A DNA stretch of 63,821 nt, filler included, from Chiloscyllium plagiosum (lineage: Eukaryota): assembly GCF_004010195.1 (NCBI RefSeq). It is 5 parts of one record of this genome, joined end to end, with 100 filler letters (N's around TTAATTAATTAA, not from the genome) between each part and the next. Parts side by side here need not be neighbours in the genome. Positions count along the whole stretch, not along the records: positions 47,584 to 57,014 come from NC_057714.1; positions 57,115 to 61,030 come from NC_057714.1; positions 61,131 to 63,821 come from NC_057714.1; 2 more parts are not named here. One strand, 5' to 3'. The notes beneath the pieces are model-generated. The model worked only from the letters and a program-made list of their open reading frames with translations. It had not been told where the DNA came from and made no database searches. Made by a program: the position numbers and the translations under genes. Below are positions 51,511 to 61,839 of the stretch, one piece after another; position 1 is the first letter of the stretch; each line of letters starts with the position of its first letter.

Positions 51511-52659
51511 GTGACATGGGATATTTTACAGATGCACATTGGATGGGGTAAACTGGCCTGTGATTTACTATCCCATCTGAAGGTTGGTACTTGAGACAGC
51601 ATAGTATCCTCTTAGGACTGTGATAGAATGTCAGCCTAGATAGAGTCTGTCTACTGATACCAATGTTGAAAATAGCACATAAGGAAACTTGACAGCTTCA
51701 CATGAGGTACTTGTGTCAATGCTTACCTCTTTGGACATCAGCAGATTTGGCCAAATGAATCATTCCATCAGAAATGCATTCATTTGCTACATCAGTATTG
51801 TCTTTCGTAGTTGGAAGGCTGTGGAAAATTGTGCTTTCACATTTGCATCAAAGCAATGAGAAAGTGATTTGCTGTGACATGAAATGGATTCATAACCACA
51901 TTCTTACACATGATATTCACCAAGGCAGTAATTGCTTAATATGAGTAATCTTGCCATAGGCTTTCCATTAATTGTTGTGCAAAAACCTTTTTGGAATTTT
52001 CCTGTAAAATAATTTGCATGTCATTTTCCTTCATTCCACAGAATAATAAAACAAATATACTCCTTTCCCAGTCCTCAACAAGTAGAAAAAGGAGAGATGA
52101 ATATTCAGATCGATGAAAATAGTTTTTTTGTGAACTGTATAGCACAGGAACAGGCCCTTTGGTTCACCAAGTCTGTGTTGAACATGATTCTATTCGAAAC
52201 TAATTCCATCTGCCTGTATATAGTATGTATCCCTCTATCATTGTTGTATGCAAATGCACTCAGCAAGATTTTTTTAAAAATGTAGCACATAATCCACTTA
52301 AACAATACGATGTATTGCTCTCATAGGGACTTGGCTACTACTTATAAATGGCAGCCAAAACTTCCAGGACATAATGTTTTCAGAAAAGGATAGGGAAACT
52401 GAAAAGATTCTAGTTTTGGCTGCCATTCATAGTTAGTAGCCAAGTCCCTATGAGAGCAATACATCATATTGTTTAAGTGCTGGAAAAGCACAGCAGTTCA
52501 GGCAGCATCCGAGGAGCAGGAAAATCAAAGTTTCAGGCAAAATCCCTTCATCAGGAAACTGCAAACGACAAGCGACAATATATCCAAAGGCAAAATCACA
52601 AGAAGTTATGAAGGAAGATTGAACAGAAAGTGAAAGTACGAGAGATAAAACTATGCAAG

Positions 52660-54530
52660 ATCCTTTCCTGAGAGGACATAGTTTATCTTCTGAGGAAAGA
52701 TTTGACAGTTTGTGTCCATATCCATTGTAGTTTAAAAGAATGAGAGATTAATTTATTGAAACATAATGGATCCTGAGGAAGCATTACAGGGTAGATGCTG
52801 GAAGAATAATTCCCCCCCGTGGAATAAATGAGAACCAGAAGACAGGATAAATATTAAGGGGCCTCCCATCTGTAATGGAGATTAGGAGAATTAATTCTCA
52901 GAGGGTTTGGAACTCTCAACCCCAGAGAGCATTAGAGGCAAGGTCATTAAATTTTTAAAGACAGAGATAGTTTTTTGATGAGCAAGATAGCCAAAGACTA
53001 TCAGGGTAACTAGAGAAATGGATTTGAGGCCACAATCTGATAAACCAAGACTTTACATAATGTGAGAGCAGGCTTGTTGGGGAACTTACTTCTGCTTCGC
53101 ATTCTTGTTTGTAAATGCTGTTTCTTTGTGTGTAAATCAGTGGGTGACACTTCTCCCTCAGTCTCAGAAGATTATATTTTCATCCATTACTCTAGAGTCG
53201 AAGGATAATCCCGATTTGGGCTAATAGACTGCTGCCCTACTGGATGTGTTGTTGAGAGAGAAGCATAAACCTTGGTATTCAGTCATATTTGGATGTCCTT
53301 GTGCATAAACCACAAAGGTCCACAAGCAGATAGAGCAAGCCATTACAAAGGCAAATGATATGTTAGCCTCGAATGGAAGTTTTGGAATATAAGTGTAAGA
53401 AAGTCTCTCTGTGATTATGAAGGAATTTGGTGAGACATCTCATTAGTACTGTGCACTGTTTTGAGATGGAGTCTTCTGGACTTGGTCCATAACAGAGCAA
53501 ATTTATTAGCATTCTCTCAGAATATAACAAACAATGTGCTTAAAAGGCAACTAATCGCTTTATTATGCTCGAATTTCCAGAAGGCAGCCAATAAGATGCC
53601 ATCCAAAAATTACTAAAGCAAACCAGAATTCAGGGTGTGGGACTAAAATATTAGCATGAACATGAGGTTGGTCAACTAACGTAAAAATATACTGTAAGTG
53701 ATGGAATGCTAAAAGTTTCGTGTTGGAGCTGCAATTCTCTACAATTAATGTTAATTATGTGGATGAAGGGTCCAAGTATATTGTGGAAAAGAAAATTGCT
53801 GCTGATACAAGGATAACTAGGAAAGCAGTTTTGACAAGGGTACAAATAGTCTGCAAATACATTTGGATAAGTAAAGAAAGTAGGGAGAAAATTTGCAAAT
53901 GGATTATACTGTCAAAATGTTTTAGCTTGACAGGAAGAACAGAAAAGCAATATCATATTTAAATGTTGAGAGTCTGCAGAATGCTAGAGTACGAAGAGAT
54001 CTGGGAGTCATAGAAGGTTAGCCTTTATTGCAAGAGCGATGCAGCATAAACATAAGGATATCTTGCTTCAAATTATATAGCTTGCACCTAGACTACAATG
54101 TACAATGTTGGTCTCGTTACTTAGAAAAGGATATGCTCACATTGGAGGGAGTTAACTATTGAACAGTTGGGCAATACTCATTGAAGTTTAGAAGAATGAG
54201 AATTTGTTTGCTTTTGAAAAAATCAACTTTCTGTGAGAGCTTGACTGGGCAGATCCTGAGAGAATGTTTCCCTTTTTGGGGAATATAGAACAAAGGGACC
54301 AGTTTGATCTCAACAAGGTTCCCCATTTAAAAGGGAAATCTGGAGGGACTTTATTTTTCGGTGAGTAGTTAACCTTTGGAATAGCAACGGATAGAGCAGT
54401 GCATGTTAGGTAATTAAATATATTCAGGGTTGAATTAGACAGATGACTGATCTACTCAGACTTAAGGGTGAGAACAACAAATAAATTGTCATTCAGCTAG
54501 TGATCTTATTGAATAGCAAAGTAGAGTATA
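52660..54530 (+). mobile_element. Several highly decayed CR1 fragments
   Basis: Remnants such as RMRD.FIET.W, KIAADTRI and RDLGV. Confidence 0.5.
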
Positions 54531-54622
54531 GAGACTTGTTAATTTTCATTTATTTACACATTTACTGTATGGCACTGGATATAATTCCCCAACAAAATTA
54601 TTTTAATAAATAAAATTAAATA

Positions 54623-55286
54623 TTTATTGGTCACATAATTGACATTTACAATACATGATCTGTTGTTTTAAAACAGATAAGCAAAGTAAATAAACAGAAG
54701 CTAAATATTAAATTATGTTTTGAAGTCACCATCTAAAAAAAATTCTCAAAAATATTATTGGATGAACAATTCATACAATATATTCATAATATAAATAATA
54801 ATATTACCAGACACATAAATATATTAATAATCCATAAATTATTTTAAGAATACCACAAGATGAAGTTTCATTGTTTTAGGCAGAGAATTTCCATCAATTC
54901 ATTTGAAGTAGTTGAGAAACATTTTTAGGAAGATGGATTCTCGAGCGTGATTTGCTCACACTTGTAACAATTTCATCAAATAAACGATATTTTATTATGC
55001 AAATTCAGTCATTATATTGCATGTTAAGTATCAAAGCCCATAAACTTTCACAATAATATTACAAAACTGATAATTACCGCTTTAACGAACAATGTATTCA
55101 AAAATGGTATAACAAAATCTAAAAACGAAGTAGGTAAGAAATGTCAATTTTAAATAACGGTAATAGTGCAATGCACTTTCACGACCTATTTAGTTCTTTT
55201 ACAGAACAACACATCCACTTGGTGGATTTTTCTGTACGCTATATTGAACAATAACGTTCATACGGTGGGGGCTTTGCTGCTTTAGA
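54623..55286 (-). promoter_or_regulatory. AU-rich 3' UTR of IL-6 copy B with ATTTA elements and candidate poly(A) signals
   Basis: Many forward TAAAT (ATTTA on the minus strand) between ~54690 and 55155, including TTATTTAT at ~54790-54797. AATAAA on the minus strand at 54991-54996 and 54623-54628. Confidence 0.6.
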
Positions 55287-55472
55287 TCACACTCTTAATT
55301 GCGTTCTCATAAAGCGGATGGCTCGGCCTGTTCCCTCAATAAATTTAGTGAAGTCCCGAAGGATGACATGCACTGTCACCTGTGTGCTCCAGTCTGAGTT
55401 TGACGCCTGGTCTGAGATTGGAACCTCCAGTTCAGCCTGATGCAGATTAGTGATGCCGAACTCAGCCTTTAA
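55287..55472 (-). CDS. IL6: IL-6-like copy B last coding exon, intact with stop codon
   Basis: tttcag|LKAEFGITNLHQAELEVPISDQASNSDWSTQVTVHVILRDFTKFIEGTGRAIRFMRTQLRV*; matches the IL-6 helix D pattern W.....H.ILR.F..F.....RA.R.M. Confidence 0.88.
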   Translation of the reverse strand, partial: LKAEFGITNLHQAELEVPISDQASNSDWSTQVTVHVILRDFTKFIEGTGRAIRFMRTQLRV

Positions 55473-55577
55473 CTGAAATAAAAGGAAACAGAATAGTTAG
55501 GGAGGTGCATTTTTAGTTTTGAGAATATCTACTGACTGTCAGAGGTTGCTTTAGTAACTGTCTCTGTTGGCACTGAC

Positions 55578-55720
55578 CTGGTTCATGATCAGATCAGCCA
55601 GTTGCTGGGTACTGGATCTCATCCATGTCACTCGGTCATTCGAACTGGAGATGTTTCCACCAATAACAAGAAGGGCTTGTATTTCTGAAGACCAGAGGCA
55701 ATCGTTTCGAGACAGGTTTG
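55578..55720 (-). pseudogene. IL6: IL-6-like copy B exon 4 (143 nt; 4-nt deletion relative to the 147-nt ancestral exon)
   Basis: ttctcttcag|QTCLETIASGLQKYKPFLLLVET [-4] SSSNDRVTWMRSSTQQLADLIMNQ|gtcagt. Contains C-x6-GL-x2-Y-x3-L, and the reconstructed exon has 49 codons like human IL6 exon 4. Confidence 0.85.
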
Positions 55721-55742
55721 CTGAAGAGAAGGTTTCAGTATA

Positions 55743-56048
55743 TTGAATGTTTTGTACGTTTAATTATCATATCCTGTCACTAGTTCTGTATATGATTAAT
55801 TAACACAAAATATACCTTAAATAGTTTATCCAAGTATATGCATTAAATTAATTTGCCTTCTTTAAATAAACAACTTGGCAACGTTAAAATTTGTTGAATG
55901 TTTTGTACGTCTAATCAACATATTCTCGAACTAGTTATGGTTATTAATCATCTGTACACAAATATACCTTAAATAGCATATTCAAGTATACGCATTATAT
56001 TATTTTGCCTTCTTAAATAAACAACTTGGGAAGGTTAAACTTTGTTGA
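55743..56048. repeat. Diverged ~152-bp tandem duplication in intron 3 of copy B
   Basis: ttgaatgttttgtacgt...taaataaacaacttgg...tttgttga occurs twice; copy A has a single unit (~48842-48970). Confidence 0.8.
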
Positions 56049-56227
56049 GTTATGTTATTAAATATCCTTCATCAGCACAGAGTTTATTCGTGCATAATCT
56101 CGCCCGTTGTTTACATCAGTATGTATACAGCGAGAGTAAATTAATAACATAGTAATAAAACTATCAAGACAGATCATTCACTTTCCCATTTAGTATTCAG
56201 TGACCGTTACAATGAATAGGAAGTCAC

Positions 56228-56396
56228 CAGTAGTGAACCTATGATTTCCACAGGGGCCTGGCTGGTCGATGAGGCGCCAGCCTATTTGCCTGCTCCTCGG
56301 ATGCTGCCTGACCGGCTGTGCTTTTCCGGAACTACTCTGATCTAAACCCCGCCATCCTATTTGCACCAATTGGTAAGACTGGCTCCTCCCTCCCAG
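56228..56396 (-). pseudogene. IL6: IL-6-like copy B candidate exon 3 with an in-frame 75-nt PLE-fragment insertion
   Basis: ...RLIDQPGPCGNHRFTT, compared with human KMAEKDGCFQSGFNE (same C-x4-F-x2 exon end). Insert 56290-56349 is flanked by a 15-bp TSD. Confidence 0.55.
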
Positions 56397-56731
56397 CTGG
56401 AGTGTTTGCAAACGAGAAGCTGTGGAGAACTGGCCCGATATTTGAAGTGTCACTGTTAATCTTGAATCTAGAAGCAGGTCCTGTCAGTGCTTAAAAGGGG
56501 GATAAACCCGAATCTGATGCTATTGCAGGGGGTCCAGGAGCAAACAGCAGCTGCTCACCAACAATTGCCAAATGTCAGTTCGCTGACAGGTAGTTTCAAT
56601 AGCAGTGTTTATGTTAACAAGGTTAGCTCGGAGACAATTCCAATCCCAATCTGCTGTCTGAAAGAGCCCAGTTTCGATATGCGGTCGTTCAGTCTAAAAC
56701 GGTGCAATCTAAAACTGCTCTGCTTTCAGAA

Positions 56732-56968
56732 TTAAAACTCACACAACACCAGGTTATAGTCCAACAGGTTTAATTGGAAGCACTAGCTTTCGGAGCGACG
56801 CTCCTTCATCAGGTGATTGTGATGAAGGTGTTGAGGAAACAGCTGATGAAGGAGCGTCGCTCCGAAAGCTAGTGCTTCCAATTAAACCTGTTGGACTATA
56901 ACCTGGTGTTGTGTGAGTTTTAACTTTGTACACCCCAGCCCAACAACGGCATCTCCGAATCATGACTA
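56732..56968. mobile_element. Hammerhead-bearing PLE-type hairpin cassette (third family) inserted in copy B, 9-bp TSD
   Basis: Perfect 81-bp inverted arms 56732-56812 / 56843-56923; TSD ctttcagaa at 56723-56731 and 56969-56977; empty site in copy A at ~49575-49583. Confidence 0.85.
56781..56815 (-). ncRNA. Minimal type I hammerhead ribozyme motif
   Basis: The minus strand reads CAC-CUGAUGA-A-GGAGC-GUC-GCUCC-GAAA-G-CUA-GUG: stem I CAC/GUG, conserved core, 5-bp stem II, loopless palindromic stem III (AGCU) and a CUA cleavage triplet. Confidence 0.75.
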
Positions 56969-57114
56969 CTTTCAGAAGTAAATTTGGGATGAACTCTTAC
57001 TGTATGTGTACTCGNNNNNNNNNNNNNNNNNNNNNNNNNNNNNNNNNNNNNNNNNNNNTTAATTAATTAANNNNNNNNNNNNNNNNNNNNNNNNNNNNNN
57101 NNNNNNNNNNNNNN

Positions 57115-57402
57115 GAGTTCCTGGACTAGGTGGGATAGGACAGTGTCGAGGTAGGTAGGGGTGAGTTCAGTGGGGCAGGAGCATGCTGAGACAATGGGTC
57201 GGCCAGGGTGGTCAGGCTTGTGGATCTTGGGAAGGAGGTAGAACCGGGCAGTGTGAGGTTCCTGGACTATGAGGTTGGAAGCTGTGGGTGGGAGATCTCC
57301 TGAGGTGGTGGTTTGGTGATAGGGGGTGGGGTCATGGTTGAGGGGCTGGTAGGAGGAGGTGTCCTCGAATTGGCATCTGGCTTCAGTGGTTTAGAGGTCA
57401 GT
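57115..57402 (-). mobile_element. PLE internal RT fragment
   Basis: The reverse complement matches 7890-8160 (EARCQFED.SSY.PLNHDPT, P.TARFYLLPKIHKPDHPGRPIVSACSCP.ELTPTYLD). Confidence 0.75.
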
Positions 57403-57779
57403 GATTGGAATCATACCGAGCACATAAGAAGATGATTGAAGATGCTGGTGGTCAGTTATCTCATCTTTAGTGGAGCTCCTCAGTGTACTGTCCTTGGCCC
57501 AACCATCTTTAGCTGCTTCATCAATAATATTTCCTTTATTGTAACATCAGAAGTGTGGATGTTTGTTAATGATTTAACAGAAGCCTCAAATACTAATGCA
57601 GTCCATGAACATATGCAGCAAAACCTGGACTACATCCATGCTTGGGCTATTGAGTGATAATATTTGCACCACTCATGCGATGCCCATATCACTTGATCAA
57701 ATACAAAAAGAAAAAGGCCAATCAATGTAATTTATGTGTTGGGGATACTTCCAGAAGCAACAGTCAGAACAAAATAATA

Positions 57780-58790
57780 GCCACTTTGTCAAATGCAGGT
57801 TGATTAAGGAAATCCAGAACAGATTTGTTAAGGGTAAATCATATTCAAATAACTTACTGGAGTTTTTATGATGAGGTAACTAAAGGAGGTGATAAGGGTA
57901 CTGAATATGCACTTTCAGATAGCACTTGATGAAAGTGCCACACAACAGACTTCTGGACAAAGTTATGACTCAGAAAGAAAAGTTATAGTATGATTATGGA
58001 TATGAAACTGGCAGAGAGATAGAAAACAAAGAACTAGTTAATAGATGCTTTCAAATTGGAGAAAGATTTGTAGCAGATTTCCTCAAAGATCAATGTTGAA
58101 ATCCTTGCGGTTCCTGGTGTACAGAGCACAATTTTACAATTTGCAGAAGATAAAAAAACTGAACAATTGTGAATTTACGAAAATAATGTAAACTTTCAAA
58201 AGGATGTCGACAGGTTAGCGTAACATGATATCAACTGGCAAATGAAATTTAATGCAAAGAAGTGTGAAATAATCTATTTTGATGGGAAGGATACAGACAG
58301 ACAATTGAAAATTAAAGGTAAAATTCTAAAAGGGTTAGGAGCAGAGGGTGTACATATGTAAGAACCATTGCAGGTGGCATAATAGACAACAACCTTGTTA
58401 ATAAAGCATACATTATCTGAGGCTTCTTTAATAAGGGCAGAGTGAAAAAGTGATGCGTTGTTCTTGCGTAAAACAATTGGGGAACTGATTTCAGTTGTGG
58501 GCACCACATTTTAGGGGTGGTCTGAAGACACTAGAGAGAATGCAAAAAATATTCAGAAGAATTGTTCCCGGGATGAGGGGAGTCTCAATACAATAGATAC
58601 GTTGAAGAATTTGGGCCCTGTTTTCATGGCATTCAAGAGGGATATGTATTGCAATCTGAAAAGGAAAAACATGCAGCACTATGGAGAGAAGGCATGGAGG
58701 TGATAGAAGGTGAATTGCTCCAATGGAGAATGGCAAAGACATAATGGGCCAAATAACCTCCTCCTGTGCTGTAACAATTTTCTGATTCTA
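57780..58790 (+). mobile_element. Old CR1 LINE, decayed
   Basis: NRFVKGKSYSNNLLEF, QFAED and WQMKFNAKKCE remnants. Confidence 0.65.
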
Positions 58791-59319
58791 AAAATGCTGC
58801 CATGATCTGATCTTAGAGATTCATATTCTGTAGTCTGGCACTTTTTTTTCCCAAATAGATCAATTAATAGTTTGCTTTCCATTTCAGATTCACTTAGAAA
58901 TTCAACCACAGGTTTCCTTGCAAGATCTTATTGAGAATGGAACCTCCGTTCCTCTGTGCAAACAATATTTTGTATATGCCGAGTTGTGGTTCTCTACTGT
59001 GTATGGAAGAATATTGCTATACTAGCAACCTCGTGGGGTAGCTAATTTACTGGTAAGAAACTGTAAAGAATCAGCAAGCATACATGCTTTTGTTGTTACC
59101 AAATTTTCCAAAATCTGCACATCAAATAAAGAATTTGAACTTGCGTATTGCTGATAAGAAAACAGCTCCACAAAAAGATGAAAAGCCTCATGGAGCCATA
59201 GAGTCATGCAGCATGGAAACAGAACCATCTGTCCAACCAGTCCTTGCCAATCATAATCCCAAACTAAACTATTCCCACTTGCCTGTGCTTGACCCATATC
59301 CCTCCAAACCTTTCCTATT

Positions 59320-61030
59320 CATAGAACATAGAACATAGAAGAATACAGCGCAGTACAGGCCCTTTGGCCCTCGATGTTGCGCCGATCCAAGCCCACCTAA
59401 CCTATACTAACCCACTATCCTCCATATACCTATCCAATGCCCGCTTAAATGCCCATAAAGAGGGAGAGTCCACCACTGCTACTGGCAGGGCATTCCATGA
59501 ACTTACGACTCGCTGAGTGAAGAACCTACCCCTAACTTCAGTCCTATATCTACCCCCCCTTAATTTAAAGCTATACCCCCTTGTAATACCCGACTCCATA
59601 CGCAGGAAAAGGTTCACACTGTCAACCCTATCTAACCCCCTAATCATCTTGTACACCTCAATCAAGTCACCCCTAAACCTTCTTTTCTCTAATGAAAACA
59701 GCCCCAAGTGTCTCAGTCTTTCCTCATACGATCTTCCTTCCATACCAGGCAACATCCTGGTAAACCTCCTCTGCACCCGTTCCAGTGCCCCCACATCCTT
59801 CCTATAGTATGGCGACCAAAACTGCACACAATATTCCAGATGCGGCCGCACCAGAGTCTTATACAACTGCATCATGACCTCAGGACTCCGGAACTCAATT
59901 CCTCTACCAATAAAAGCCAGTACGCCATATGCCTTCCTCACCGCACTATTTACCTGGGTGGCAACTTTCAGAGATCTGTGTACATGGACACCAAGATCCC
60001 TCTGCTCATCCACACTACCAAGTATCCGACCATTAGCCCAGTACCCCATCTTTTTGTTATTCCTCCCAAAGTGAATCACCTCACACTTAGCTACATTGAA
60101 TTCCATTAGCCACCTTTCTGCCCAGCTCTGCAGCTTCTCTATATCCTGCTGTAACCTGCCACATCCTTCCTCACTGTCAACAACTCCTCCGACTTTCGTA
60201 TCATCCGCAAACTTGCTCACCCAACCTTCTAACCCCTCTTCCAGGTCATTTATAAAAATGACAAACAGCAATGGTCCCAAAACAGATCCTTGCGGAACAC
60301 CGCTAGTGACGGCACTCCAAGATGAACCTTTGCCATCAACTACTACCCTCTGTCGTCTTCCATCCAGCCAATTCCTAATCCAAACCTCCAACTCACCCTC
60401 AATGCCATATCTCCGTATTTTCTGCAGTAGCCTACCATGGGGAACCTTATCAAACGCCTTACTAAAATCCATATATACCACATCTACCGCTTTCCCCTCA
60501 TCAACCTCCTTCGTCACCTTTTCAAAGAATTCAATAAGGTTTGTGAGGCACGACCTGCCCTTCACAAAACCATGCTGACTATCCTTGATCACATTATTCC
60601 TATCCAGATGTGCATAAATCCTATCCCTTACAATTCTCTCTAAGACTTTGCCCACAACAGAAGTGAGACTCACCGGCCTATAGTTACTAGGGCTATCCCT
60701 ACTCCCCTCTTTGAACAAGGGAACCACATTTGCTATCCTCCAATCTTCTGGCACTACTCCTGTAGACAAAGAGGACATAAAAATCAAGGCCAATGGCTCT
60801 GCAATCTCCTCCCTTGCTTCCCAGAGAATCCTAGGATAAATGCCATCAGGCCCAGGGGACTTATCTATTTTCACCTTTTCCAGAATTTCCAACACCTCTT
60901 CACTACATACCACAAAGCCATCCATTCTACTTATTTGTGACTCAATATTCACATCGACGACAATGCCCTGTTACTGAGTAAATACTGAAGAAAAGTATGC
61001 ATCCAGTGTCTCCCCAATCTCTTCCGACTC
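59320..61030 (-). mobile_element. Young CR1 LINE; 5' part lost in a gap; (TTCTATG)n tail
   Basis: Uninterrupted RT-to-C-terminus frame, with tail atagaacatagaacatagaa at 59321-59340. Confidence 0.95.
59402..60952 (-). CDS. CR1 ORF2 reverse transcriptase domain and C-terminus (516 aa, partial; the GTG start is not the true start)
   Basis: [38 protein letters not shown] and KFADD. Homology continues upstream through an in-frame TAA at 60971-60973. Confidence 0.85.
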   Translation of the reverse strand: MNIESQISRMDGFVVCSEEVLEILEKVKIDKSPGPDGIYPRILWEAREEIAEPLALIFMSSLSTGVVPEDWRIANVVPLFKEGSRDSPSNYRPVSLTSVVGKVLERIVRDRIYAHLDRNNVIKDSQHGFVKGRSCLTNLIEFFEKVTKEVDEGKAVDVVYMDFSKAFDKVPHGRLLQKIRRYGIEGELEVWIRNWLDGRRQRVVVDGKGSSWSAVTSGVPQGSVLGPLLFVIFINDLEEGLEGWVSKFADDTKVGGVVDSEEGCGRLQQDIEKLQSWAERWLMEFNVAKCEVIHFGRNNKKMGYWANGRILGSVDEQRDLGVHVHRSLKVATQVNSAVRKAYGVLAFIGRGIEFRSPEVMMQLYKTLVRPHLEYCVQFWSPYYRKDVGALERVQRRFTRMLPGMEGRSYEERLRHLGLFSLEKRRFRGDLIEVYKMIRGLDRVDSVNLFLRMESGITRGYSFKLRGGRYRTEVRGRFFTQRVVSSWNALPVAVVDSPSLWAFKRALDRYMEDSGLV

Positions 61031-61130
61031 NNNNNNNNNNNNNNNNNNNNNNNNNNNNNNNNNNNNNNNNNNNNTTAATTAATTAANNNNNNNNNNNNNN
61101 NNNNNNNNNNNNNNNNNNNNNNNNNNNNNN

Positions 61131-61358
61131 ATCCCCTCCCCCACTCACCCATTGTACTTTATGCTACTTTCTCCCCACCCCCACCCTCCTCGAGCTTATC
61201 TCTCCACGTTTCAGCTCACTGTCTTTATTCCTGATGAAGGGCTTTTGCCTGAAACATCGATTTCGCTGCTCCTTGGATGCTGCCTGAACTGCTGTGTTCT
61301 TCCAGCACCACTAATCCAGAATTTGGTTTCCAGCATCTGCAGTCATTGTTTTTACCTC
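61131..61358 (+). mobile_element. PLE pLTR with decayed hammerhead motif
   Basis: CCTGATGAAGGGCTTTTGCCTGAAACATCGA at ~61230-61260, followed by GATGCTGCCTGAACTGCTG. Confidence 0.75.
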
Positions 61359-61839
61359 ACTGTAGGTCGGTCACTTTTATCCTTTCCCACTCGTCTCTCA
61401 CTCTGGAGAATATAGTTTTTGTTGTAAATCTTAGTTAAAGCACCTCTGTTGCCCTTTGCACCAAATTCCCACTTTGAACCAAATTTCCAATTCATTCCAT
61501 CCTCATTTTATTCTGCTAAAGTCTTCTGCACATTGACCATGCACCTTGCTGACTGTGCTGAGCAAGAACATTATCTTTCTTATATGCACCTGCACAGATT
61601 CATTTCAAGTCAGACTATAATTTAACAACTCTGAGTTGAAGTTCTTTGAGTTGCAAATATTTACTGCCGGCATAGTTGCTTCAGATTTCACTGGTCTCCA
61701 GTAATTTCCAAAAGCTGCAGCTACCAACATACCCTGTCATTCATAGCTAACCCTGCTTTCTAAATTTAATTAAGGTTAATTGAGGTTGTGAAGCACAATA
61801 TTTTTAATTTTATGAATGATAATATGCTAGAGCAATCCT

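Noticed and set aside
48296..57014. IL-6 copies as falsely duplicated haplotypes
   Set aside because: There is no gap between 47880 and 57014, and the intron divergence and copy-specific insertions look too large for alleles.
30251..61130. TTAATTAATTAA motif recurring four times
   Set aside because: It is always centred in 44N+12+44N gaps, so it is an artificial scaffolding spacer with stops in all frames.
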